From: Acidobacteriaceae bacterium
GTDB lineage: Bacteria > Acidobacteriota > Terriglobia > Bryobacterales > Bryobacteraceae
Length of the DNA stretch: 64,000 nt
Assembly (NCBI GenBank): GCA_020247055.1
Contig: JADCJL010000115.1
Location: 12,095 to 76,094, forward strand
Direction: 5' to 3'
Shown in pieces: positions 35,481 through 46,860 of this stretch; the stretch's first letter is position 1, and each line of letters opens with the position of its first letter. A program made the position numbers and the translations under genes. A model generated the notes under the pieces. It ran no database searches, was not told the DNA's origin, and worked only from the letters and a program-made list of their open reading frames with translations.

Positions 35481-36373
35481 TCGGCCCGCGCGGCAAAGGC
35501 GCGCAGCCCGCGAACGGTCGCCGCATCGTCAAACTGCGCACCGAGCCGCGTGGCCGCGCCTTCAAAATTCGCGAGGCGTTCGCGCACCACCGGCAGATGG
35601 TCGGCGTAGAACTCCATCAAGGTCGCATAGCGCGAAACCAACTGCGCCGGATGGATATCCCAGCTCTGGTAGAACCCCTCGCTCAACGAACGCAGGATGT
35701 CCTCGCGATGACGCGTCCACCCGGCTTGCGGATCCGCGCCCACGGGCAGCAGCTTGGTGGGGCCGTCAACGACGGGCTTACCCGTCAGCAGCATCTGCAG
35801 GCGGACGCTCGAGCAGGCCGGATGATGCAGGTGCTGAAAGGCGGCCGGGATGCCGAGCGAGGCCAGCAGATCGTAGGGGCCCAGATGGAGGCTATCGGCC
35901 GGAATCTCATGCAGATGGCGCAGCACGGGCGCGGTTTCAATCAGCGCCTCCACATGCGCGCCGGGGCAGGCGGCGGCCACTTGCGCGACCTCATCCGGAT
36001 GCTCCACCTTCGGCACCGTGACCCGAAAGCCGGGCGGCACGGCGCCCGCGCTATCGAGGAAGATCTCGAGCGTCCGCAGCCCGTGCCGCTTGATGCGGAT
36101 GCCGACGGCGGGCAGCCCCGTGCCGGCGGCGACGATCCGGCCGCAGCGGCGGGCATCGGCGTCCTCTTCGGCCGGTGGGCGATCGCCGTAGCCGTCTTCA
36201 AAGTCGATGCGGTAGTCTTCGACCGGCTCGGCCTTTAGCTTCGCTGCAATCTGATCGCGGAACGGGGAGGAGAAACCGGCGAGCGCGCGCAGGGCCACGC
36301 CGCCGATTTTCTCCGCGATATCGGGCCGGAACAGATGAGCCCCGCCGTAGAAGACATGCACCGGCTGGGTCAT
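35462..36373 (-). CDS. HpcH/CitE-superfamily TIM-barrel-like protein (DUF6986-like)
   Basis: RIDFEDGYG resembles the D-x-ED motif of CitE/HpcH, and LHLGPYDL resembles the G-x-x-DL motif. Its start overlaps the upstream gene's stop as ATGA. Confidence 0.55.
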   Translation of the reverse strand: MTQPVHVFYGGAHLFRPDIAEKIGGVALRALAGFSSPFRDQIAAKLKAEPVEDYRIDFEDGYGDRPPAEEDADARRCGRIVAAGTGLPAVGIRIKRHGLRTLEIFLDSAGAVPPGFRVTVPKVEHPDEVAQVAAACPGAHVEALIETAPVLRHLHEIPADSLHLGPYDLLASLGIPAAFQHLHHPACSSVRLQMLLTGKPVVDGPTKLLPVGADPQAGWTRHREDILRSLSEGFYQSWDIHPAQLVSRYATLMEFYADHLPVVRERLANFEGAATRLGAQFDDAATVRGLRAFAARADHLLSR

Positions 36374-37617
36374 TTGGTGGGGTTCGCCAGGGGATAGGTG
36401 AGCGTGTCCTCGAGCCAGGCGGCATTCTCGCGGACGGCCTCGCGGAGCTTGCCGACGAGGGCTTCGCGCTGGTCGAACAGCCGGTAGCCTTCGCGCGAAC
36501 GCAGGTAGCCGCGGGCCTCCGGGTGCCGCTCAAACAGGGTCGCTTCGCCGAGTTCGTCCCGCAGGCGCTCGAACTTCGCGCGGCGGTCGAGCAGAGCCTT
36601 GATGAGAAACGGGACGACCATCGAATAGTCGCCCTGCATGCTTTCGGTCGACTGCTGATAGGTTTCGCGATCGACCTTACCCCAGGTGACGGCTTCGGCC
36701 GGCGGGCAGCTCGACAGGCTGCCATCGGTGACCGGCGCCGAGGTGATCTGCACGTCGAACTCGTAGCCGCGGACATCGGGCAGGCCGAGAATCTGGCCGA
36801 GCGCCGGCTCCGGCTGCAGGTTGTAGTTCTTGGGCACGCCGCCTCCAAGCATGAACGTGGCGAGCGACTTGGCTTCGGTATCAAACAGGCCCCAGCGATG
36901 GTAGGCGCAGGCTTCAAAGACCTCGGCGTGGAGGTCGAGGTCGAAGCCGTAGGAGGGGATCAGTCCGGCTTCGCGCATGGCCCACAGCTTCATCGAGTTG
37001 AGGAACACGCTGCCGTCGCCGGGCGCGCCAACAAAGACCGGAATCGCCATCTCGTGGCACTTGGCGAGCAGCCCCGGCTCGACGCCGTTGCGCTCTTCAA
37101 TCGCCTGGTACCAGCGGCCGAGCTTGTTGCGCATCTCGGTGCCGGTCATCTTCTTCTGGAAGTCGGGATGGTTGAGCAGCGCGGTCAGAAAGCGGTCCTG
37201 ATCAAGCAGCACGTCCTCGTCGAAGGCCATGTCGGTAACGCGGATGGTCTTGTCATCGCGCAACGCGCCATCGTCGCCGAAGATAGGCACTTCAAAGACC
37301 GGATCTTTGCGGCCGTCGAGCGAGCGGTGGCCGTCGTGATAGCAGACGGCGTCGGTGGTGGACAGGTAGGCGACCCAGCCGGTTTCGAGCAGCGGAATCA
37401 GCCACGCCTGGTGCTGGCCGGAGACGGTGACCGGTCCGGCGATGGCGAGCGTGAGCGGGCAGCCCTGGCCGATGGCGCGGTCGAGGATTTCGTAGATGCG
37501 GCGCAGGTAGGCGCCGCCAAAGGCCGGCAGACAGTGCCGGAACAGTTCATCGAGAGAGTTGACTTCGTCGACGCGCCGGACGCGGACAGTGCGGCGTTGG
37601 GAATCGTGATGGTTCAT
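36370..37617 (-). CDS. deoxyhypusine synthase (DHS)-like protein
   Basis: I prefer the ATG at 37617 (MNHHDSQRR), which has AGAGGGGA upstream. The TTG at 37683 would overlap the peptidase gene. LGGGVPKNY and AEAVTWGK retain the lysine equivalent to the catalytic Lys of eukaryotic DHS. Confidence 0.85.
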   Translation of the reverse strand: MNHHDSQRRTVRVRRVDEVNSLDELFRHCLPAFGGAYLRRIYEILDRAIGQGCPLTLAIAGPVTVSGQHQAWLIPLLETGWVAYLSTTDAVCYHDGHRSLDGRKDPVFEVPIFGDDGALRDDKTIRVTDMAFDEDVLLDQDRFLTALLNHPDFQKKMTGTEMRNKLGRWYQAIEERNGVEPGLLAKCHEMAIPVFVGAPGDGSVFLNSMKLWAMREAGLIPSYGFDLDLHAEVFEACAYHRWGLFDTEAKSLATFMLGGGVPKNYNLQPEPALGQILGLPDVRGYEFDVQITSAPVTDGSLSSCPPAEAVTWGKVDRETYQQSTESMQGDYSMVVPFLIKALLDRRAKFERLRDELGEATLFERHPEARGYLRSREGYRLFDQREALVGKLREAVRENAAWLEDTLTYPLANPTK

Positions 37618-37639
37618 GCCAGCTTCTATTGTCCCCTCT

Positions 37640-40318
37640 TTATTGAGCGGAGGTGGCCTGATGCTCCGGCCGGTCGCGTTCAATGTAGGGGATGCCCTGC
37701 TGCATCCATTTCGGCTTGGGTTCGTTTCGCAAAAAGTGGTTGAAGAACTGGAAGAGGCGCAGGGCGTAGTCCATCTGGTTGGCGCGTTTGCGGATGCCGT
37801 GGGGTTCGCCGTTGTAGTTGAAGAAGTAGGCTTCCTTGTTCAGGCGGCGAAGGGCGAGGAAGAACTCGATGCCCTGGGTCCAGGGGACGGCGTCGTCGGC
37901 GTCGTTGTGCAGCATGAGCAGGGGCGTTTCGACGCGGTCGGCGGAGAAAACCGGCGAGTTTTCAAGGAAGCGGAGCGGATACTGCCACGGGGAGCCGCCA
38001 ATGCGGCTCTGCGCGCGTTCGTACTGAAACTGGCGCGGGATGCCGGTGCCGTAGCGGATGCCGGAGTAGGCGGCGAACATGTTGCCGACGAGCGCGCCGG
38101 GGGCGGCGGCGCGGAAGCGGTTGGTTTTCGTGACGAGGTAGGCGATCTGGTAGCCGCCCCAGGAGTGGCCCTGGATGCCGATGCGGGCCTCGTCGATGTA
38201 GCCCGAGTCGACTACCTTCTGCACGGCGGGCAGCACCGCGTTCATGGCGCTCTGGCCGGGGTAGCCGATGGTGTAGGCGATATCGGGGAGCAGGACGACG
38301 TAGCCGTTCGAGGCATAGACGGCGGGGTTAACGCGGTGGCTGGGGGCGGGGTCGTAGAAGGTGTGGAGCGTTTGGGAGAGGCGCTCGTAGAGGTAGACGA
38401 GCAGGGGGTATTTTTTGGCGGGATCGAAGCCGGGCGGCTTGATGAGGACGCTGTGGAGCGGCACGCCGTTCAGGTTGGTGAAGGGCATCAGTTCGGCCGA
38501 GCCCCAGGCGAGTTGGGATTGCTGCGGGTTGGCGCGGGTGACCTTGTCGAGTTTCGTGAAGGTGGAGTTGGTAATGAGCAGGTCGGGGTACTCGGTGAAG
38601 GTGCTGGCCGAGAGCAGGAGGACGTCGGCGTCCTTGGCCTGCACGGGGGCGCGGAAGTTTTTGGCGGCCAGGAGGATCTTGCGCGGCGGGGCATCGCCGG
38701 CGAAGGAGTCGCGATAGAAGCCGGTCTGGCGGGTGCGTTCGCTTTCGGCGCGGAGGAGGAGGGGGTCGGCGGGGTCGAGGTGGCGACGGCGCGGGTCCGT
38801 GCGGAGACGGACGAGGCGAAACTGGAGCTGCTGTTTGCGGCCTTCGCCTTCGGTCAGGTTGCGGGCGGGGGCGCCGGGCGAGAGGGCCCAGAGGTCGTAG
38901 CGGTCGTAGACGAGGAAGTGGCGGCTGTCGGCGGTCCAGCCGGCTTGGCCGTAGCTGGTGGGGCTGCCGGGGGTGTCGTGGAGTTCGTTGTGGAAGCGAA
39001 CGGGCAGGGGGGCCGTGAGATTGGCCGTTGTTTTGGCCGCGGTGTTGATGACCCACCAGTGGCCGGCGGCGTAGTAGGCGGCGTGCTTGCCGTCGGGCGA
39101 GAGCGTGGGCGTGCCGGCGGCGCGCTGGACCATGCGGCTGCGTTCGCCGGTGGTGGTGTTGAGCAGCCAGAAATCGCTGCGCCGGTCGCTATAGTCGTTC
39201 TCGCGGCGGTAGGGCTGGTCGTCGACGCCGATGGCGACAAGGCCATCTTCGCTGGGGGTGACGTCGAGCAGGTCGGGGGTGGCGAGTTGGACGAACTGTT
39301 TGGCGGCAATGTGGAAGACGGCGCGGTAACTGCGGTTGCGCTCCTGCTCGGCGCGGGCTTTTTGGATGGTGGGAACGCGGTCGTCCTGATAGTGCCAGAG
39401 GTCGAAGACGGCTTTGTCTTCAGCCGAGTCTGCGGCGGGGCGTTTGGGGCGCGCGGGGGTGGTGTTGAAGAAGACGCGGGCGCCATCGCGGGAGAACTGC
39501 AGGTTGGCGCGGTCGCTGATACTGGCGCGGTGCCATTCGGCGGCCGTCGCCTCGCCGCGCTTCCAGCCGAAGAGGGCTTGTTTGGTGACGAAGGCGAGTT
39601 GGGTTTGGGCTTCGTCCCAGGTGAGTTTGGCGTAGGCACCGGGGGCGGTGGTGAGGGTTTGGAGTTCGGGGGTGAGGAGTTGAACGGCGTCCTTGGTAAT
39701 GAAGGCGAGGAGTTGGCCGTCGCGGGTGAAGGAGTACTCCGTAACGGCGGCGAACTTGCGTTCGGTTTGGGCGGGCAGGGCGCGGACGACGAGTTCGGTG
39801 GCGCCTTTGCCGGAGCGGCGGTAGGCGATGGCGTTGGTAACGTCTTCGGGGAAGGCGAAGCTTTGCACGTCGTCGATGCGGGTGACTTGGCCAGAGGGGA
39901 CTTCGACAAGGACGAGGCCATTTGGTGGCGCCGGCTTTTTATCGCGCTTGGCCTGCTGGGTGGCGGCCTTCGGCGGATAGCTCGTCAGGAAGAGGTAGCG
40001 GCCATCGGCGCTGAAGTCGATGCGCGGGCCGGCGGTGGCTGTGGGTGCGTCCTCACCTTCGCCATCAGTGGCGGGAGGGGGCATGGCGCCGATGGGGATG
40101 CGGGTCTCGCGGCCGGAGGCGAGTTCGCGGAGAACGGCTTCGCCGTCGCCGGACTGCGGCAGGAGGGCGTAGGCGAGATAGCGGCCATCGCGGGAGAGCG
40201 TTTGGCTTTGAATTGACCGCCAGGAGTCGAAATCGGAAAAAGCAATGGGGCGGGGGGCTTGCGCGGCAACGGGAACGAAGCCACACAAAACGGCGCAGAC
40301 GGCTCGGAGAAGACCCAT
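37640..40318 (-). CDS. S9-family serine peptidase (prolyl oligopeptidase / dipeptidyl-peptidase type) with an N-terminal beta-propeller
   Basis: It has a signal peptide, WD/propeller-like repeats, the nucleophile elbow IGIQGHSWGGYQ, and a C-terminal LMLHNDADDAVP (Asp) followed by a His region. Confidence 0.88.
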   Translation of the reverse strand: MGLLRAVCAVLCGFVPVAAQAPRPIAFSDFDSWRSIQSQTLSRDGRYLAYALLPQSGDGEAVLRELASGRETRIPIGAMPPPATDGEGEDAPTATAGPRIDFSADGRYLFLTSYPPKAATQQAKRDKKPAPPNGLVLVEVPSGQVTRIDDVQSFAFPEDVTNAIAYRRSGKGATELVVRALPAQTERKFAAVTEYSFTRDGQLLAFITKDAVQLLTPELQTLTTAPGAYAKLTWDEAQTQLAFVTKQALFGWKRGEATAAEWHRASISDRANLQFSRDGARVFFNTTPARPKRPAADSAEDKAVFDLWHYQDDRVPTIQKARAEQERNRSYRAVFHIAAKQFVQLATPDLLDVTPSEDGLVAIGVDDQPYRRENDYSDRRSDFWLLNTTTGERSRMVQRAAGTPTLSPDGKHAAYYAAGHWWVINTAAKTTANLTAPLPVRFHNELHDTPGSPTSYGQAGWTADSRHFLVYDRYDLWALSPGAPARNLTEGEGRKQQLQFRLVRLRTDPRRRHLDPADPLLLRAESERTRQTGFYRDSFAGDAPPRKILLAAKNFRAPVQAKDADVLLLSASTFTEYPDLLITNSTFTKLDKVTRANPQQSQLAWGSAELMPFTNLNGVPLHSVLIKPPGFDPAKKYPLLVYLYERLSQTLHTFYDPAPSHRVNPAVYASNGYVVLLPDIAYTIGYPGQSAMNAVLPAVQKVVDSGYIDEARIGIQGHSWGGYQIAYLVTKTNRFRAAAPGALVGNMFAAYSGIRYGTGIPRQFQYERAQSRIGGSPWQYPLRFLENSPVFSADRVETPLLMLHNDADDAVPWTQGIEFFLALRRLNKEAYFFNYNGEPHGIRKRANQMDYALRLFQFFNHFLRNEPKPKWMQQGIPYIERDRPEHQATSAQ

Positions 40319-40388
40319 TCAGGTACGATACACCGGCTCAAGGAGGGAGTTCTTCATGATATGCTCAGGGCAATTCCAGGAGGTCGTA

Positions 40389-43300
40389 ATGATATCCCGT
40401 ATCTTGCTCTCGGCTCTGTTAGCCGCTGTGGCTTGCTTTGGCCAAGCCGAAAGAGGAACTTTTAATGGTTCCGTGATTGACTCTTCCGGCGCGGCCGTGG
40501 CCGGCGCCAACGTGAAGATTTTCAACATGGCGACCGGCGTTGAGTTGAACGCCGCTTCGACGGAAGCCGGCGTCTTCCGCGCCCCTTCGCTGTCTCCGGG
40601 CACCTACCGCATCACCGTCTCGGCGCCCGGCTTCAAGACGGCCGTCCGCCAGAACATCGTTCTGGCCGTGGCGCAGACCCTCACCGTCGACTTCACGCTC
40701 GAAGTCGGCAACCTGACCGAATCGGTCACCATCACGGCCGAAACGCCACTGCTTGAAACCGGCACGGCCGAGATCGGCTCCTACGTCACCAAGAAAGAGT
40801 TCGACGATTGGCCCATCGCCGTGGGCGGCGGCCGTCGGCAGATTCAGCAGTTTATCTTCACCTCGCTGCCCGGCACGACCGGCGGCACCTGGCAGGGGTC
40901 GATCAACGGCGGCCAGAACTATTCGCACGAGATTCTGATCGACGGCATCTCCGTGGGCCGCATGGACCTCGCCGGTGGCGCCAATAGCGAGTTCAGCCCG
41001 TCTTCAGAATCGATCTCCGAGTTCAAACTGCAGACCGGCACGGTGTCGGCGCAGTATTCGGGCGGACAGACTTCGGTCGCCAACTTCGCCACCAAGTCCG
41101 GCACGAACGAGTTGCACGGGTCGGCCTACTACTATGGCCAGAACGACGCCCTGCGCGCTAATTCGTTCAACTCGAACGCCTCGAACGTTCGCCGGCAGCC
41201 CTTCAAGCAGCACAACTACGGCTACTCGATCGGCGGCCCGGTGATCATTCCCAAGCTTTACAACGGGAAGAACCGCACGTTCTTTTTCCACAACATGGAA
41301 CGGACGACGACCAAGGACTACAACCAGGCCGGCTTCTCTACGCTGCCCATGCCGGAGTTCCAGCAGGGTGACTTCAGCCGCATCCTGAACGCCGGCTTCA
41401 CCGGCAACGCCGTCTCCGGAACGAACGTCGGTACCGATGCTCTCGGACGGCCTGTCATCGGTGGCGCGATCTATGATCCGCGCTCGGCCCGTCAGGTCGG
41501 CAACAGCTGGGTGCGCGACATCTTCCCCGGCAATATCATCCCGCGCACGCGGTTCAGCCCCGTCTCGCAGAAGATCATCGACGTGGCCACCATCGACAAG
41601 CCGCAGTTCGACACGATGCTCAACAACATCCCCGCCCTCGGCGCCTGCTGCCCCGAGTTCCGCGAGCGCATGTTGACGTTCAAGGGCGACCACAACCTGA
41701 ACGAACGCCATCGCATCAGCGGCATGGTGAACCGCAACTTCCGCGTCCGCAACAACTCCATTGCCGGCCGGTGGGGCGGGCCTCCCGGATCGCCCACCAA
41801 CGTCTACCAGAACCAGGACACCCCGGGCACGATGGTTCGCGGCGCCTATGACTTCACGCTGCGCCCCACGCTGCTTGGCCGCCTGAACCTCGGCTACAAC
41901 CGCTTCGGCAACATCAACGAAAGCGTCTTCGTCGACCAGGACTGGCCCGCCAAGATCGGCCTGCAGAACGTGCCGGGCGTCCACTTCCCCGCCCTGAACT
42001 TCTCCGGCCTGCCCTTCCAGGGCGGCGGCATCGGCGCCGGCGGCCGCCTCGGCTCCAACAGCCGCGGCGCCAGCTTCAACGGCTCCACCATCATCCAGAC
42101 CGACTTCACCAAAGTCAGCGGCAAGCACAATTACAAATTCGGCTTTGAAAACCGCCGCTACTACTACAACACCCGCAGCAAGTCCGGCTCCGGCGACTTC
42201 AACTTTTCGCCCAACCAGACCGCGTTGCCCGGCTTCATCAACCAGACCGGCCACAGCTTCGCCAGCTTCCTGCTCGGCGACTACGCCTCGACGAGCCGCG
42301 GCATCATTGCGATGAACCCCGGTCACCGCTGGCGCACCGCCGGCTTCTACTTCCAGGACGACTGGAAGGTCACCCGCAAACTGACGCTGAACGTCGGCCT
42401 CCGCTGGGAGATGATCGGCGGCCTGATCGAAGTTGCCGGACGGATGTCGGCCATCGACTTCGCCACGCCCAACCCCGGCGCCGGCAACCGTCCGGGCGCG
42501 CTCGTCTTCGCCGAAGACCGCAACCGGAAGGGCTTCCAGGACAACTACTACAAGCAGATCTCACCCAAGTTCGGCTTCGCCTACGCCATGTCCGACAAGC
42601 TCGTCTTCCGCGGCGGCTACGGCATCAACAACACCCCGGCCATCTCGAACGGCTTCGGCTTCGGCGGCACGCTCGGCTACAACGGCAGCATCGTCGTCAA
42701 CAGCGGCAACACCTCCGTTCCGTTTGCCGAAGCGCCCATCGGCAACCTCGCCACCCCCTACCCCAGCTTCACCGGAACCCTCCCCAACAAGGTTCCGACG
42801 CTGGCCAACGGCCAGGGCATCGATTACTACAGCCCCCAGGGCAACCGTCTGCCGTACGTGCAGAACTGGAACTTCGGCTTCCAGTATCAGCTCCCGGCCA
42901 GCACGGTGCTCGAACTCAACTACGTCGGCAACAAAGGCACCCGCCTGATTGCCAAGGGCTTCGAGCAGCCCAACAACCTGCCCTTCTCGGTCACCCAGCA
43001 GTTTGGCGACATCCTGCCCCGGCCGTGGAGCCCCTCGAGCCCCATCCCGCAGCCCTTCCCCGGCTTTGCGGGCACCAATCTCCAGGCGCTGCGTCCGTTC
43101 CCGCAGTTCACGGGCATCAACAGCATCTTCCCGAACATGGGCTCGTCCTCCTATCACTCCATGCAGCTCCAGGTTACCCGGCACTTCAAAAAGGGCCTGG
43201 CCGTCCTGGGCGCCTACACCTGGTCGAAGGCGATCGGCCTCGCCGACAACGCCATCGACGCCGAAGGTGTGGCCGACGTGTTCAACCGCAACATCGAGCG

Positions 43301-43910
43301 GTCCATCACCAACTACCACTTCCCGCACGTGGCCAAGTTGAGCTGGATCTATGAGCTCCCCGTTGGCAAGGGCCGCGCGCTCAACACCAACGGCGTGCTC
43401 GACGCGCTCGTCGGCGGCTGGCAGTTGAGCGGCATCCAGAACTGGCGCAGCGGCAACCCGGTCTCCATCGGCACCGGCGGCATCAACCTGCCCACGGGTA
43501 ACTCGGTCCGTCCGGACCTGGTGGCCGGGGTGCCGATCGTCCTCAACGCCGATGCTCCCATCAACTTCCGCGGCATCAACGGCGGTACGGCGTACCTCAA
43601 CCGCGCGGCGTTCGCCAATCCCCCGGTCTTCGCCGGCGGCCAGAACGTCGTGCAGCGGCTCGGCACGGTGGGCCCGTTCCTGCCCAACATCCGCGACCGT
43701 CACCTCGTCAGCTTCGACGCCAGCATCCAGAAGTTCTTCAAGTTCGATGAGGTGCGGAACATCCAGCTCCGCGGCACGTTCCTGAACGCCTTCAACTGGG
43801 CCGGCATCGGCGGCTTGAACACCAACATCACCAGCCCCTTCTTCGGCCAGTACACCGGCCAGCAGTTGGGTCCGCGGAACATCGAACTCGCCCTGCGCTT
43901 TACTTTCTAA
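40389..43910 (+). CDS. TonB-dependent receptor with a CarboxypepD_reg N-terminal domain
   Basis: The ATG at 40389 is preceded by AGGAGG and gives MISRILLSALLAAVACFGQ. GSVIDSSGAAVAGANVKIFN...GTYRITVSAPGFK is the CarboxypepD_reg domain. A 1100-aa barrel follows and ends in LALRFTF. Confidence 0.88.
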   Translation: MISRILLSALLAAVACFGQAERGTFNGSVIDSSGAAVAGANVKIFNMATGVELNAASTEAGVFRAPSLSPGTYRITVSAPGFKTAVRQNIVLAVAQTLTVDFTLEVGNLTESVTITAETPLLETGTAEIGSYVTKKEFDDWPIAVGGGRRQIQQFIFTSLPGTTGGTWQGSINGGQNYSHEILIDGISVGRMDLAGGANSEFSPSSESISEFKLQTGTVSAQYSGGQTSVANFATKSGTNELHGSAYYYGQNDALRANSFNSNASNVRRQPFKQHNYGYSIGGPVIIPKLYNGKNRTFFFHNMERTTTKDYNQAGFSTLPMPEFQQGDFSRILNAGFTGNAVSGTNVGTDALGRPVIGGAIYDPRSARQVGNSWVRDIFPGNIIPRTRFSPVSQKIIDVATIDKPQFDTMLNNIPALGACCPEFRERMLTFKGDHNLNERHRISGMVNRNFRVRNNSIAGRWGGPPGSPTNVYQNQDTPGTMVRGAYDFTLRPTLLGRLNLGYNRFGNINESVFVDQDWPAKIGLQNVPGVHFPALNFSGLPFQGGGIGAGGRLGSNSRGASFNGSTIIQTDFTKVSGKHNYKFGFENRRYYYNTRSKSGSGDFNFSPNQTALPGFINQTGHSFASFLLGDYASTSRGIIAMNPGHRWRTAGFYFQDDWKVTRKLTLNVGLRWEMIGGLIEVAGRMSAIDFATPNPGAGNRPGALVFAEDRNRKGFQDNYYKQISPKFGFAYAMSDKLVFRGGYGINNTPAISNGFGFGGTLGYNGSIVVNSGNTSVPFAEAPIGNLATPYPSFTGTLPNKVPTLANGQGIDYYSPQGNRLPYVQNWNFGFQYQLPASTVLELNYVGNKGTRLIAKGFEQPNNLPFSVTQQFGDILPRPWSPSSPIPQPFPGFAGTNLQALRPFPQFTGINSIFPNMGSSSYHSMQLQVTRHFKKGLAVLGAYTWSKAIGLADNAIDAEGVADVFNRNIERSITNYHFPHVAKLSWIYELPVGKGRALNTNGVLDALVGGWQLSGIQNWRSGNPVSIGTGGINLPTGNSVRPDLVAGVPIVLNADAPINFRGINGGTAYLNRAAFANPPVFAGGQNVVQRLGTVGPFLPNIRDRHLVSFDASIQKFFKFDEVRNIQLRGTFLNAFNWAGIGGLNTNITSPFFGQYTGQQLGPRNIELALRFTF

Positions 43911-45200
43911 GTGCGCCGGCTGTTCCTGCTGTCCGTCTTCACTGCCCGGGTCTTCGCGGACCCGGGCAGTGCTGTTTGCGCCCCCTGCCACGCCGAGATC
44001 GTCGAACGCTTCTCCCGCTCCCGCATGGCCCGCACCGCGGCGGCGGAATCGCCCGGGAACTGGTCGCTCGGCTCCGGCGCCATCGGCAAAAGCTATATAA
44101 CATTTCTCGACAACTTCCTCGTCCAGTCGCCCCGCTCCTACTTCGCCGCCACGCGCTCCTACGGCATCTCCCCCGGCTTCCCCAACGCTCAAACCCTCCG
44201 CCCCGTCGAAGAGCCCTGCCTGCAGTGCCACGCCTCCGGCGTCCAACTCGTCAAGGGCACGCAAAACCAATACGCCAATCCGCCCTTCGCTGAACCCGGC
44301 GTCACCTGCCAGCGCTGCCACGGCCCCGCCGCCCACCACTCCGTCAACCCGGCCAAGCTCCCGCCCGAACGCCGCGACAACGTCTGCGAACAGTGCCACC
44401 TCACCGGCGCCGCCAAGGTCACCCGCGCCGGGCGCAACCCCTACGACTACCAACCCGGCGACCGTCTCGGTGACTTCGTCTCCCTCTTCGTCAACGGCGC
44501 CAAAACCAACGCCACCGACCACGCCGAACAACTCGCCGAAAGCGCCTGCAAGCAAGGGGCCGGCGACAAACTCTGGTGCGTCACCTGTCACGATCCCCAC
44601 GGCGGCCGCAAGACCAACACCTGCCAGGGCTGCCACACCCCGGACCGCTGCCACCGCGGCCCCCGGTGCGAAAGCTGCCACATGCCCAAGGCCGCCAGCA
44701 AAGACGCCCATGTCGCCTTCACCAACCACCGCATCGGCCGCCCCGCCCCGCCGCCGCGCCCGCTCCGCCTATTCTGGAACGCGTCCATCCCGCCCCGCGA
44801 CCTCGCCCTCGCCCAACCCTCCATCCCCCGCCTCGAACGCGTCGAACCGAAAGACGCTGCCGTGCTCACCCAACTCGGCCAGCTCTACGACCAGGCCGGC
44901 CGCGGCGCCGACGCCGTCCGCGTCTACCGCGAAGCGCTCCGGCTTAACCCGGCCGAACCCACCGCCGCCGCCAACCTCGCCATCTACGAGGCCCAACGCG
45001 GCGAAACGGCCGCCGCCGAAGCCCGCTGGCAGGACGTCTTCGCCCGCTACCCCGGCCTGCCCGGCCCGGGCCTCAATCTGGCCACCGCCCAACTCCAGCG
45101 CGGCGACCGTCCGGCGGCCATCGCCACCCTCCGCCGCCTGCTCCGCTTCCACCCCGGCCACGCCCAGGCCCGGGAGATTCTCAACCGGCTCACCCGCTAA
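43911..45200 (+). CDS. heptahaem c-type cytochrome fused to a C-terminal TPR domain
   Basis: The GTG start immediately follows the receptor's TAA stop. There are seven CxxCH motifs (CAPCH, CLQCH, CQRCH, CEQCH, CVTCH, CQGCH, CESCH). The C-terminus has TPR-like repeats (LGQLYDQAGRGADAVRVYREALRLNP). Confidence 0.8.
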   Translation: MRRLFLLSVFTARVFADPGSAVCAPCHAEIVERFSRSRMARTAAAESPGNWSLGSGAIGKSYITFLDNFLVQSPRSYFAATRSYGISPGFPNAQTLRPVEEPCLQCHASGVQLVKGTQNQYANPPFAEPGVTCQRCHGPAAHHSVNPAKLPPERRDNVCEQCHLTGAAKVTRAGRNPYDYQPGDRLGDFVSLFVNGAKTNATDHAEQLAESACKQGAGDKLWCVTCHDPHGGRKTNTCQGCHTPDRCHRGPRCESCHMPKAASKDAHVAFTNHRIGRPAPPPRPLRLFWNASIPPRDLALAQPSIPRLERVEPKDAAVLTQLGQLYDQAGRGADAVRVYREALRLNPAEPTAAANLAIYEAQRGETAAAEARWQDVFARYPGLPGPGLNLATAQLQRGDRPAAIATLRRLLRFHPGHAQAREILNRLTR

Positions 45201-45222
45201 GCCTGCTACCTTGGAAGTTCGG

Positions 45223-46860
<1,638 letters not shown>

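Noticed and set aside
37618-37683. A TTG-initiated extension of the DHS-like gene.
   Set aside because: It would overlap the 3' end of the S9 peptidase gene by 44 nt. The ATG at 37617 has a purine-rich element upstream.
44470-45222. A 251-codon Pro/Ala/Thr-rich N-terminal extension of the ABC-F ORF.
   Set aside because: It overlaps the heptahaem cytochrome gene in another frame. The ABC-F family N-terminus (MIAFSNLNKQYG) starts at 45223.
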